Origin: a virus
Lineage: Duplodnaviria > Caudoviricetes
IMG/VR virus record: IMGVR_UViG_3300032212_000059
Span: 1 to 39,546 of that record
Reading direction: 5' to 3' (one strand)
DNA: 39,546 bases
This document shows, piece after piece, positions 7,951-16,480 of this stretch. Made by a program: the position numbers and the translations under genes. Within the stretch, counting starts at the first letter, position 1, and each line of letters starts with the position of its first letter. The notes under the pieces were generated by a model, which ran no database searches, was not told where the DNA came from, and saw only the letters and a list, made by a program, of their open reading frames with translations.

Positions 7951-8175
7951 TCACCCCAACGCATCATCGTAAGCCCACAGGTGGCAATATTTCTCACCCT
8001 TAATCGGCTGCCTGGTTGGGTCACTACAAACAAAATGACCACCAAAAACAGACTTGGTATTACGCCGCTTACACACCGCGCAACCCTCATCATGCTTTAG
8101 GTCAATACGTTCTTGCCGCAGCACCATATACTCAGGTGTTCGGCCCATTAAATTAACTGCACTACTACCAGCCAT
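7951..8175 (-). CDS. Hypothetical four-Cys (Zn-binding) protein
   Basis: Start reassigned to MAGSSA (TAATG coupling); CAVC...C...C. Confidence 0.65.
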   Translation of the reverse strand: MAGSSAVNLMGRTPEYMVLRQERIDLKHDEGCAVCKRRNTKSVFGGHFVCSDPTRQPIKGEKYCHLWAYDDALG

Positions 8176-8411
8176 TAAATCAACCCTCCACAAGTTTCAG
8201 GTTCAGCGCTCTCCATACGAGCTGTGGGTTTTGCATAAGCACGCCACTGCCCCATATAGGGCTCAATGATTTTATTTTTCTTCATGGCGTTCAAAATACT
8301 TTCCAGCCCATCACGGTGAATCACCTTATGCGCACACACCGCGGCGTATAATTGCTCAAAGGTTTTATGCCCTTTGGTCACCTGCTTTAATACAATGTAT
8401 TCAACGTCCAT
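8175..8411 (-). CDS. Small winged-helix-like hypothetical protein
   Basis: 78 aa with AAAAGG SD; helix-helix-hairpin pattern. Confidence 0.65.
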   Translation of the reverse strand: MDVEYIVLKQVTKGHKTFEQLYAAVCAHKVIHRDGLESILNAMKKNKIIEPYMGQWRAYAKPTARMESAEPETCGGLI

Positions 8412-8424
8412 AATTAATTACCTT

Positions 8425-9018
8425 TTATTTACTCACCACCTCAAGACTCACACCATCATTCTCAGGCAAGATATTAGTTATCTCTGTCTGTACGCGTATT
8501 AACTCGGCCAACACATCGTTAATTTCTTTTAAGGCCGTTTTAGCTAAATGCGAATCTTTTTTATCAATGACACCATCACTCAGCATGGGCGCGATGGCTT
8601 CCAGCGCCTCACCGGTTTCTTTCATTAGGTGTGAAATATTAGTAACGGAACTATTAGGGGAACAGTCAGGTACATGCGCCGCCAACAAACCATAGCGACC
8701 AGATAACTCTGCAAGACAATCATTTTGATAAGGTTCAGGCAATGCAAGCACCACTGCCTCTTCAATATCTGCAGGGAATTTAACCGAGCCCTTTATCATG
8801 CGGAACAATAATTGAGCGTTAGCCGCCAGCATTTTTGTGGCATCACCACCGTCGTGAAAATGAACAACGCGATCATCAGCATGCGACACCCGGTCGTGAT
8901 AAATACCTTTCACATCATCGGCAAACGTTTCCTCTGTAACTTTTTTCTCAGCACGTAAACAATTATTTACATGCCGTCGAACCACATCACTTCGAGTCTC
9001 ATGAATGTTAGCAGTCAT
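8425..9018 (-). CDS. CII-like regulatory protein
   Basis: Downstream of cro; C-terminal LMKETGEALEAIAPMLSDGVID motif of CII-family proteins; strong SD. Confidence 0.7.
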   Translation of the reverse strand: MTANIHETRSDVVRRHVNNCLRAEKKVTEETFADDVKGIYHDRVSHADDRVVHFHDGGDATKMLAANAQLLFRMIKGSVKFPADIEEAVVLALPEPYQNDCLAELSGRYGLLAAHVPDCSPNSSVTNISHLMKETGEALEAIAPMLSDGVIDKKDSHLAKTALKEINDVLAELIRVQTEITNILPENDGVSLEVVSK

Positions 9019-9095
9019 TACTTCCCTTCCCCTTCACCAGTAAACTAGCAATCAAATTAAACGGCACCCCGCACACAAGGGCGAAGGCAATCATT

Positions 9096-9401
9096 ATGGA
9101 TAACACGTACCTGGTCGTGGTCAGCGTTAACACCGACAACCAACCGGCCACCGAAAAAACAAAACTCACCGTTAACAAAGGCCAGCAACTTTTTGCTGCA
9201 TTAAAGCAACTGGGTAACGTATTCCCCGTCTTTACCAACTTAGGCATCATTGCCGCCAGCATTAAAACGGATGAACACGCCCGCATTGTGCTGAAGCACA
9301 TCCAGCGCCACGCCATCGACCACACCGACCAAGCCCAAATACTGCAACTTGCCGACGACCACGCCATGCATGGCCACAGCCAACTGGCCCTGTGGTTATA
9401 G
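9096..9401 (+). CDS. Small protein antisense to the pR operon; Cas2/VapD-like ferredoxin-fold candidate
   Basis: 101 aa, TYLVVVSV...LFAALKQLG...IDHTDQAQILQL...WL pattern; consistent C-ending codon usage. Confidence 0.65.
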   Translation: MDNTYLVVVSVNTDNQPATEKTKLTVNKGQQLFAALKQLGNVFPVFTNLGIIAASIKTDEHARIVLKHIQRHAIDHTDQAQILQLADDHAMHGHSQLALWL

Positions 9402-9408
9402 GTAAACA

Positions 9409-9666
9409 CTATGCAGCCGCCTTATTGCGCAAACACGCAGGACACTGGCACCAAGGCTCTAATGGGTATAAATCGGGACGGAGTTCGTGACGGGATACGG
9501 AATACTCACACGCCACTTCAACTTTTAAGACATATTCAGCAGGAACCTGTCGCTTTTTCCACTGAGACACAACCACAGGACTATTAAGATGGAGTGCATC
9601 AGCCAAAAGCTTTTGCGCTCCATGCTCCCCAAAAAATGCTATTGCTTTTTCAATTGCTGTTTTCAT
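9409..9666 (-). CDS. cro: Cro-like repressor (YdaS family) with C-terminal CQCPAC
   Basis: QKLLADAL...VSQWKK...VPAE...VSRHELRPDLY; divergent from cI. Confidence 0.9.
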   Translation of the reverse strand: MKTAIEKAIAFFGEHGAQKLLADALHLNSPVVVSQWKKRQVPAEYVLKVEVACEYSVSRHELRPDLYPLEPWCQCPACLRNKAAA

Positions 9667-9675
9667 AATAACTAT

Positions 9676-9750
9676 AAAATAACATTTAGTTATTAAATGT
9701 CAATAAATAAATAACAATATGTTGTTTTCGATAACGAGATAATATCGAAC
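9676..9750. promoter_or_regulatory. OR region: pR (minus), leaderless pRM (plus) and two 15-bp operators
   Basis: ATAAC-N5-GTTAT-type sites at 9679-9693 and 9711-9725; TTGACA on the minus strand at 9698-9703; GATAAT at 9738-9743 sits 7 nt before the cI ATG with no SD. Confidence 0.8.
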
Positions 9751-10218
9751 ATGGAATACAAAGATTTCTCAATTCGATTTAAAAAAGCCTGTAAAGACTC
9801 TAACGCCCCTAAAGCCCAAGAAGCATTAGGTCGATATCTTGGCGTTAGCGGAACAATGGTCTGGTTTTATCGCAATGGGGAACGAATTCCAGGAATTAAC
9901 AATGCGACCCACATTGCTGATACTCTTGGGGTTAATGTTGAATGGCTGCTTACAGGCAAAGGACCTCAAAGAAGCCACACTCAAGAGCTGATGATTGCCG
10001 AACAATCAGGGCTTTATAATAATAAAGTTTATGCATCCTTAGACCTAATGACCTTTGTTATGCGTTTCATTAAGGACAATTACGAAAAAACATACGATAA
10101 AGAGTCACCAGAAGAAAAAGCTGAAACTATTTATGCGTTATGTGATCTATTCAGTGATGAGGCAGCCCGAAAAATGAAGCCTGCCAATGTGATAAAACTA
10201 ATAACAAAAGCAGCTTAA
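9751..10218 (+). CDS. cI: CI-like XRE/HTH repressor lacking an S24 autopeptidase domain
   Basis: QEALGRYLGVS...YRNGERIP...IADTLGVNVEWLLTGKGP; C-terminus short and helical, no GDSM/K catalytic motifs. Confidence 0.88.
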   Translation: MEYKDFSIRFKKACKDSNAPKAQEALGRYLGVSGTMVWFYRNGERIPGINNATHIADTLGVNVEWLLTGKGPQRSHTQELMIAEQSGLYNNKVYASLDLMTFVMRFIKDNYEKTYDKESPEEKAETIYALCDLFSDEAARKMKPANVIKLITKAA

Positions 10219-10227
10219 GGATGAACA

Positions 10228-10695
10228 ATGGACGAAAACACACTTAATGAGCGACAGCTACGCATAGTCAAACGCCTGCAAGAAAAGCACAACAAGCCCG
10301 ATCCAGATAGCATCACCTTCGACAAAAAAGAACGCAAATCCATTAAAACCAGCCTAATCGCCATCATAGGCCTAGTAATACTCATGGGCACCAGCAACAC
10401 CTACACCCTATACAACAGCAGCATAGACAAGCACACGCTCAGCCAAGCCCTAACCAGCAAAGCAACCGAAGTAGCCACCCTCACCCAACAAAACAACGCC
10501 TACAAAAAGCAGTTAGAAGCCATGGAACACAAATGGCGCCAGACAGAAGACAAACGCTACCAGGCACAACGCCAGCTCAACCGCAAAAGCGAGAAGCTAT
10601 CCCAAATGCAAGGCAGCACAAAACAAGCCAAGGCCATGGTGGATAAACTGCAGGAGATGATGCAGTTCACGCTGGATCCGAAGGCTGTGAAGTAA
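10228..10695 (+). CDS. Single-pass membrane coiled-coil protein, probably co-transcribed with cI
   Basis: AAGGA SD 9 nt after the cI stop; TM SLIAIIGLVILMG, then a long Q/K/A coiled coil. Confidence 0.75.
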   Translation: MDENTLNERQLRIVKRLQEKHNKPDPDSITFDKKERKSIKTSLIAIIGLVILMGTSNTYTLYNSSIDKHTLSQALTSKATEVATLTQQNNAYKKQLEAMEHKWRQTEDKRYQAQRQLNRKSEKLSQMQGSTKQAKAMVDKLQEMMQFTLDPKAVK

Positions 10696-11014
10696 TTGCA
10701 AATAAGAAATTATATAAATTATCTACTATGCTATAGCTGAAACCAGTGTTTTGTGAGTCAAGGTTTTATACATTTTTTTCACAATTGACACCAATTGGAC
10801 ACAAAAGCCTGAAAAATTACGCGAACATACGCTAAATAAACGGCAAGAACTGCCGATTTCTATATTTTAGAAGTGTAAAATATTTAACACATAGATACCT
10901 TTTAGTCGCATTTTATATCTATTTAGGTATAGAAAAGCGCTAAAAAAGCACTAGATGCGATCTACCTTAGAAAAAGGGGTTGCACTGGGCTAGAACAATA
11001 CTGCAAGATGGCTT

Positions 11015-11046
11015 AAAGTACTGCGCCGCAAAGGCAGCACTTTTTT
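11015..11046 (+). terminator. Putative intrinsic terminator upstream of the accessory two-gene cassette
   Basis: AAAGTACTGC-9nt-GCAGCACTTTTTT. Confidence 0.55.
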
Positions 11047-11102
11047 ATTACTTATAATAAATAGAGCTTATTGCCAAATAAAATAAACAACGGGACTACG
11101 AA

Positions 11103-11339
11103 ATGAACACAACCTCTACTTCATTCCAAGAATGGTTTGATAAAAAGAAGGAAAACGGACTAACTGATTTTAAATTAGCAATCAGTTCTACAGACGTGCC
11201 TAATAGAGAAGTTCAAGCCGAATTAATGAATATCCAAGCACTGGTTGACGGAAACCGCACAACTAAACTTCCTTCACAGAGCGTCTCTGTGAGCAAAAAA
11301 GCTGACGAGATTATTTGCCGCCGCATCGGTGACATGTAA
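11103..11339 (+). CDS. Hypothetical protein, partner of the ImmA/IrrE-like gene
   Basis: 78 aa with GGGA SD; FQEWFDKKKENGLTDFKLAI. Confidence 0.75.
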   Translation: MNTTSTSFQEWFDKKKENGLTDFKLAISSTDVPNREVQAELMNIQALVDGNRTTKLPSQSVSVSKKADEIICRRIGDM

Positions 11340-11356
11340 AAAAACAAAACAAGCAC

Positions 11357-11389
11357 AATAAAAAACGCGCTTAATGCGCGTTTTTTATT
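11357..11389. terminator. Bidirectional intrinsic terminator between the two cassette genes
   Basis: AATAAAAAACGCGC-TTAAT-GCGCGTTTTTTATT perfect inverted repeat. Confidence 0.85.
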
Positions 11390-11404
11390 GAACAAAATAA
11401 TAAA

Positions 11405-12127
11405 ATGCATGAAGCAACCCAAACAATGAATAACTTTAATTACTTTCGCGACGAAGCAATAAAACAAGCCAAGAATATTTACGACAAATTAGAATCGCAT
11501 AATAAAATGCTGCGCGAAGCTAAAGAAAATATCAATGCTGGTAGCCCCACATGGGAAATTAGAACCCCTATTTATGACCCTATTAACACTGAAAACCAGG
11601 TTAATGCCATCACCCTATGCAGAAAGCTAATCGAAGACAGCAACCTCAACATCATACCAGTCGATACAGTATCAAAATCTGTTGCTGCACACTTCGAACA
11701 ATACACAATCAGTGACAGCCAATACACATACGACATAACCCTTACGAAACATAACTACTGCCTAACCAGATTCTATCTATGTAAAGAACTTTTACACATA
11801 TTCCTACACACACCAGAATCCAGCACAACAGAGCATCTTGAATTAGTAAAACTCATTGCCTTCTTGATAGACACCTACATCTCTATTGACGATAAGGATT
11901 GCCAAACTCGTGTAGATCACGCTGCATATTTTGGTGCGATAGAACTACTAATACCAAGCACACTAGTCCCCGCTCTTATAAAAGCAAGAAACGATATTGA
12001 TAACGATGGTGAACTAACAGACTCTGGAAACCTTGAGATAGCAAGAAAATTAGGCGTACCTGAATACATTGTTGAGTTTAGACTAAGCGAAGTTGGTCAA
12101 GAAATTTACAACTCCGCTCTTAGTTGA
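11405..12127 (+). CDS. ImmA/IrrE (peptidase M78)-like protein with KELLH in place of HExxH
   Basis: TRFYLCKELLHIF, AAYFGAIELLIP and IARKLGVPEYIVEFRL follow the IrrE_N motif order. Confidence 0.7.
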   Translation: MHEATQTMNNFNYFRDEAIKQAKNIYDKLESHNKMLREAKENINAGSPTWEIRTPIYDPINTENQVNAITLCRKLIEDSNLNIIPVDTVSKSVAAHFEQYTISDSQYTYDITLTKHNYCLTRFYLCKELLHIFLHTPESSTTEHLELVKLIAFLIDTYISIDDKDCQTRVDHAAYFGAIELLIPSTLVPALIKARNDIDNDGELTDSGNLEIARKLGVPEYIVEFRLSEVGQEIYNSALS

Positions 12128-12144
12128 ATCAGCCTAAAACCGAT

Positions 12145-12177
12145 ATAAAAAAGCCCGATTAATTCGGGCTTTTTTAT
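12145..12177. terminator. Bidirectional intrinsic terminator between convergent genes
   Basis: ATAAAAAAGCCCGA-TTAAT-TCGGGCTTTTTTAT. Confidence 0.9.
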
Positions 12178-12186
12178 TGCCTCTCA

Positions 12187-12393
12187 CTACCTAACCCCAC
12201 TGATCCGCGTACCACCACACTGCGTACACCGCCAGCCACCAAACTTAACTGATGCCAGTATCCACACAATAATCCAGAACCCACCCGTCAAAACCGACAA
12301 CACCAGATGCAACAAATGATTGGTACCCTTACGCCTAACCATCACCTGCTTATTACAGGTAGCACACATCCCGGCTTTTTCATCTATCGCCAT
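12187..12393 (-). CDS. LITAF-like membrane Zn-ribbon protein
   Basis: CATC, hydrophobic hairpin NHLLHLVLSVLTGGFWIIVWILA, CTQC. Confidence 0.8.
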   Translation of the reverse strand: MAIDEKAGMCATCNKQVMVRRKGTNHLLHLVLSVLTGGFWIIVWILASVKFGGWRCTQCGGTRISGVR

Positions 12394-12435
12394 ACCACAC
12401 GCCCTTTATTTATATAATTATCACCCAGCAAACCA

Positions 12436-12702
12436 TCAATCCCCAGCACCATCACCCAACCTTGAATCCCGAGTAGTGACTTCAACCGACGCCACATCAT
12501 CCTGAGAGCCCATTAACTCCACAACCGCATCAATAACCTCAGCTTTATCAACAACCAGATACTCCCCTGCCTTATCAGCGGCTTGCGCCTTAGCAGCAGC
12601 CAACGACTGAGCTCGGTCACCACTCATATCATCCTGAGCAACATAAAAGCCAACCAGCAATACAACCACTACCCCACTCACCAGCTTATATACAGACCCC
12701 AT
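12436..12702 (-). CDS. Small exported or membrane-anchored hypothetical protein
   Basis: Start reassigned to MGSVYKLVSGVVVVLLVGFYVA with AAGGGA SD. Confidence 0.6.
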   Translation of the reverse strand: MGSVYKLVSGVVVVLLVGFYVAQDDMSGDRAQSLAAAKAQAADKAGEYLVVDKAEVIDAVVELMGSQDDVASVEVTTRDSRLGDGAGD

Positions 12703-12826
12703 ACCACATTCCCTTTTATTTATATTTATCCCCATAAAATACCACAACCCACCGTCCTTAAACTGACCAAATAATCAGCTAATAACCACCCAAATTAAAT
12801 ATAAGTAAGTAGTGACTGATAAAAAA

Positions 12827-12885
12827 ATAACATTTAGTTATTGACAAGAAAATTACATATTGTTACTTTTATAACATATTGTTAT
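12827..12885 (+). promoter_or_regulatory. OL region: pL with three 15-bp operators
   Basis: TTGACA (12841)-17nt-TACTTT with extended TG; operators at 12827-12841, 12852-12866 and 12871-12885; the first is identical to the OR site at 9679. Confidence 0.88.
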
Positions 12886-12900
12886 TTATTGGGGTCGGAT

Positions 12901-13146
12901 ATGAAACTCAGACAAGTAAACATGCCAGCACACATCACACTGGAAACCATATCAAGGTTCGCAGAGTCGCAGGGCTTAGTGCTCATGTTCGAAGGCTCGG
13001 TATACAACCTGGTACCTGCCAGTATGGTCATTGCACAAAAGCAGCAATCAGCACAGCTGCCAAAAAATAACGTGGTATCACTGTTCAGCAAACCAAAAGC
13101 GCCAGCTGGTTTCATACCAACCACCACACCACCAACGGCAGCGTAA
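12901..13146 (+). CDS. Hypothetical protein, first gene of the pL operon
   Basis: ATG at 12901 is downstream of pL; the listed TTG start is the -35 box. Confidence 0.7.
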   Translation: MKLRQVNMPAHITLETISRFAESQGLVLMFEGSVYNLVPASMVIAQKQQSAQLPKNNVVSLFSKPKAPAGFIPTTTPPTAA

Positions 13147-13148
13147 GC

Positions 13149-13439
13149 ATGAGCACACAAGCCACCTACACACTCAAAGAAGCAGCGCAGCGTCTAGGTA
13201 TAGGCCCGCGCAAGTTCAATGCATTCTTACGTGAACACGGCGTGCTTAAGTACGAAGACAAATACAACGTACCCACCCAAAAAACCATCGATCATGGCTA
13301 CATGCTTAAGCGCCTCTCAAATTTTCCACACCCAGTAACAAAAAAGCTGCACTCATACGCATTAGTCACCAACAGCGGCCTACTATGGTTAGAAAAGTTT
13401 TTCGACGAAAAATACCCAAGCAAGGAGAAGGCAGCATGA
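13149..13439 (+). CDS. Stand-alone antirepressor KilAC (ANT) domain protein
   Basis: LKEAAQRLGIGPRKFNAFLREHGVL...NVPTQKTIDHGY...LVTNSGLLWL. Confidence 0.85.
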   Translation: MSTQATYTLKEAAQRLGIGPRKFNAFLREHGVLKYEDKYNVPTQKTIDHGYMLKRLSNFPHPVTKKLHSYALVTNSGLLWLEKFFDEKYPSKEKAA

Positions 13440-13633
13440 ACCTTGTAAAAAAACTAATCTGCGCAATTAAAGGGCATAGCTACCCCTGCCCTTTCTTTAC
13501 CAACGATTCACTGTGTTTTTGCGAGCGCTGCGGCAAAGAAGTGGCCGACAGAACGTTTGACGACATTCTGTCAACCAGTTACGAAACAAGTGAACTGTAC
13601 GACCTATATGAAGAAACGGAGAACCCATCATGA
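13436..13633 (+). CDS. Small Cys/His prophage protein (DUF1660-like)
   Basis: KLICAIKGH...CERCG; ATGA coupling at both ends. Confidence 0.7.
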   Translation: MNLVKKLICAIKGHSYPCPFFTNDSLCFCERCGKEVADRTFDDILSTSYETSELYDLYEETENPS

Positions 13634-13746
13634 AAGAACAAATGGACATAGACCCACTCACCAAAAAACAGAAAATACTTTTTGGTATCGCCATCATCAC
13701 TTTTTACATCGCACACAATTCAATAATTGTTTGGATATTTTCTTAA
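13630..13746 (+). CDS. 38-aa single-TM peptide
   Basis: Not in the ORF track; MKEQMDIDPLTKKQKILFGIAIITFYIAHNSIIVWIFS with ATGA overlap and GGAG SD. Confidence 0.6.
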   Translation: MKEQMDIDPLTKKQKILFGIAIITFYIAHNSIIVWIFS

Positions 13747-13775
13747 ATTATTTTTAACCACAACGGAGTACTACC

Positions 13776-14123
13776 ATGCCAACAGATGTACATAATTTTA
13801 TAGACGAACTAGGTGCAGGTGTTTTTGAAAAGAAAGTAGCCATTGCCCTAGGCGAAGTATCAGCTGCTGTTATAGACAATGACAAAAAAGGCAGTGTAAC
13901 CCTTAAGTTTGATATTGCTCGCATCGGCAGCAGCCATCAAGTAACTATCAAACATCAGATCGCTCAGGTTATGCCGACAAAATACGGCAAAAAGGCTGAA
14001 GAAAACACAACCGAGACGCCAATGCATATTGGTCGCAACGGTTATCTATCGGTCTTCCCTGAAGACCAAACCTCACTACTCGACATACATGGCGGGATAA
14101 CAGAAGAAGGAGCAGCAAAATAA
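13776..14123 (+). CDS. YfdP-like phage protein
   Basis: FIDELGAGVFE...KKGSVTLKF...EENTTETPMH; paired with the YfdQ-like gene. Confidence 0.75.
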   Translation: MPTDVHNFIDELGAGVFEKKVAIALGEVSAAVIDNDKKGSVTLKFDIARIGSSHQVTIKHQIAQVMPTKYGKKAEENTTETPMHIGRNGYLSVFPEDQTSLLDIHGGITEEGAAK

Positions 14124-14929
14124 TGAGCACAACTAAAGAAGCTATCGAGCATATCCAATCAACAACTCACTATAACGAAAAATTAGAAGAGACTGATTTT
14201 AAGGCCGTAGCGATTAGCAAAGAATTAAAACTTCGCGACCTCGAAGAGTTTCAGGAGTTTCGAAATAACTTTCGCGGCACTCTAAACACCACATCAGTTA
14301 TCGATTTCGCAAACTATATTCATGCCCAAGAAGGCAATAACTGTTTCATTGATGTTGACAGTATGGCAGCACAATCTATTTTTGATTTAGGTGATAAAGA
14401 AAAGCCCGGTCACGCTAAACACAAAGCCATACTCAAATTAAAACGCACTGCCCCTTACACAGAATTACTACAACACGACACCCTGCAAACAAAACAACGC
14501 GATTTAGCAGAATGGATAGAAGACTGGAAAGATTATATCCAGGTCGTTGATGAGAATGGTACCAATATGGATATCATAAAAGCATCCACTGCGATTCGAA
14601 ATATCACAATCGAGGCCATTGCGAAAAAAGGCAGCGAAATTAAAAATTTTGGCGAAAGCAAATCAGCAATGGAAAGCATCGATGCTAAAAGTGAAGACGG
14701 CCCGATGCCAGCATGGATCATATTCGAGTGTAAACCTTTTGAAGACTTACCAGAACGAGCCTTTCATTCTCGAATCAGCATAAGCACTGGCCACGACACG
14801 CCACGATTCACAACGAGAATCGTACAGCTCGACGCCATAAAAGAAGAAATAGCTAACGATTTTAAGACACTGCTAACTGATAAATTAGATGATGAAGCTG
14901 ATATTTATCTTGGCATGTTTACGGCTTAA
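14123..14929 (+). CDS. YfdQ/DUF2303 family protein
   Basis: RFRG-like NNFRG, FDLG...PGHAKH, QRDLAEWIEDW, SAMESIDAKS motifs. Confidence 0.85.
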   Translation: MSTTKEAIEHIQSTTHYNEKLEETDFKAVAISKELKLRDLEEFQEFRNNFRGTLNTTSVIDFANYIHAQEGNNCFIDVDSMAAQSIFDLGDKEKPGHAKHKAILKLKRTAPYTELLQHDTLQTKQRDLAEWIEDWKDYIQVVDENGTNMDIIKASTAIRNITIEAIAKKGSEIKNFGESKSAMESIDAKSEDGPMPAWIIFECKPFEDLPERAFHSRISISTGHDTPRFTTRIVQLDAIKEEIANDFKTLLTDKLDDEADIYLGMFTA

Positions 14930-14931
14930 CC

Positions 14932-16341
14932 ATGAAAAACCAAAAACCATTCAACTGGCAAAGGCCACCACAGCTCAGGCTATCGATTGACGATGAAATA
15001 ATTGTCGATAACTTTGCTGGTGGCGGGGGTGCCAGCATGGGCATTGAACAAGCCATGGGGCGCAGTGTTGATATCGCCATCAACCACGACCCAGAAGCCA
15101 TTGCCATGCATGAAGCCAACCACCCACATACCCAGCACTTCACATCAGACGTGTTTGAAGTTGACCCAATTGAAGTATGCCAGGGCAGACCAGTTGGCCT
15201 CGCGTGGTTTAGCCCGGACTGCAAACACTTTTCAAAAGCAAAAGGCAGCAAACCGGTTAGTAAAAAAATACGCAGCCTTGCATGGGTAGCAATGAAGTGG
15301 GCCAAGCTTATAAAGCCTCGCGTTATTATGCTGGAAAATGTCGAAGAGTTTCAGACATGGGGACCACTAAACGATGACAACAAACCCTGCCCCATTAGAA
15401 AAGGTTTAACATTCCGCCGGTTCATCAATGAGTTTGAAAAACTTGGTTACCAAGTTGAATGGAAAGAACTAAAAGCCTGTGACTACGGCGCACCAACAAT
15501 ACGAAAACGCTTATTCTTGATCGCCCGTTGCGACGGCCAACCGATCGTATGGCCAGAACCCACCCACGGCCCAGAAAAAGGCCTGCTGCCTTATAACACA
15601 GCAGCGGACTGCATTAACTGGTCACTACCCTGCCACTCAATTTTTTTAACCAAAGAACAAGCCAAAGCACAAAAGCTAAATATCAAACGACCATTGGCAG
15701 AAAAAACAATGCAACGCATCGCCAAAGGCATGGACCGTTATGTAATCAATACAAACAATCCCTTTATAGTGCCGTCATTTATTACCGAACATGCCAACGG
15801 TTCAAACCAACGCAACATGCCAAGCGACGAACCACTGCGCACCATTTGCGCACAGGTAAAAGGCGGGCACTTTGCATTAGTCGCTGCGTCTTTTGTCACC
15901 TACTACGGCGCCAAGAAAAAGGATGTTGAATTCAGAGGCTTTAGCCCAAAAGACTTAGTACCCACACAAACATCAGAAAACCGATTCGCTTTAGTATACG
16001 CATTCTTAGTCAAATACTACGGCAACGATAAAGACGGCGTAAAACTCGACGCACCAATGCACACAGTAACAGTCAGAGATCGTTTTGGCTTAGTTACCGT
16101 ATCAGGTCAGGACTATAAAATTAATGATATCGGCATGCGAATGCTAACCCCGCGTGAACTCTACCGCGCACAAGGGTTCCCCAATCAATACATCATTAGC
16201 CCAATATACAACGGCAAGACCCTGACCAAAACTGCACAGGTTCGCATGTGCGGCAACAGCGTAAGCCCAGTACTAGCAAAGGCATTAGTAGAAGCGAACT
16301 ACAACCAGGTATCAATACCAGTAAACGTAAGCAATGCATAA
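14932..16341 (+). CDS. Orphan C5-cytosine DNA methyltransferase
   Basis: DNFAGGGG (motif I), SPDC (IV), ENV (VI), RKRLF (VIII), RMLTPREL...QGFP, GNSV (IX/X). Confidence 0.95.
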   Translation: MKNQKPFNWQRPPQLRLSIDDEIIVDNFAGGGGASMGIEQAMGRSVDIAINHDPEAIAMHEANHPHTQHFTSDVFEVDPIEVCQGRPVGLAWFSPDCKHFSKAKGSKPVSKKIRSLAWVAMKWAKLIKPRVIMLENVEEFQTWGPLNDDNKPCPIRKGLTFRRFINEFEKLGYQVEWKELKACDYGAPTIRKRLFLIARCDGQPIVWPEPTHGPEKGLLPYNTAADCINWSLPCHSIFLTKEQAKAQKLNIKRPLAEKTMQRIAKGMDRYVINTNNPFIVPSFITEHANGSNQRNMPSDEPLRTICAQVKGGHFALVAASFVTYYGAKKKDVEFRGFSPKDLVPTQTSENRFALVYAFLVKYYGNDKDGVKLDAPMHTVTVRDRFGLVTVSGQDYKINDIGMRMLTPRELYRAQGFPNQYIISPIYNGKTLTKTAQVRMCGNSVSPVLAKALVEANYNQVSIPVNVSNA

Positions 16342-16480
16342 CGAGCACGTTTATAAATACTTCCGATGGAAAGGCTTTGTTGCCATGAAACAAAACCGAC
16401 ACCTACGGTCATTTTTTATGTACGACTTCGCACGACAAGAGCGCGAATCACAACAACAAATATTCAAGGAAAGCTTATGA
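16334..16480 (+). CDS. 48-aa hypothetical protein
   Basis: Not in the ORF track; MHNEHVYKYFRWKGF...KESL fills the gap and overlaps both neighbours. Confidence 0.55.
   Translation: MHNEHVYKYFRWKGFVAMKQNRHLRSFFMYDFARQERESQQQIFKESL

Noticed and set aside
10696-11014. Hidden gene or sRNA in the AT-rich gap
   Set aside because: No ORF with a credible start and no well-spaced promoter found; only weak hairpins
12841-12900. N-terminal extension of the first pL gene from a TTG start
   Set aside because: The TTG is the -35 box and the stretch is made of operators; ATG at 12901 is the plausible start
14932-16341. Complete restriction-modification system
   Set aside because: No adjacent endonuclease-like ORF; the neighbours are short phage early genes, so it is an orphan methylase
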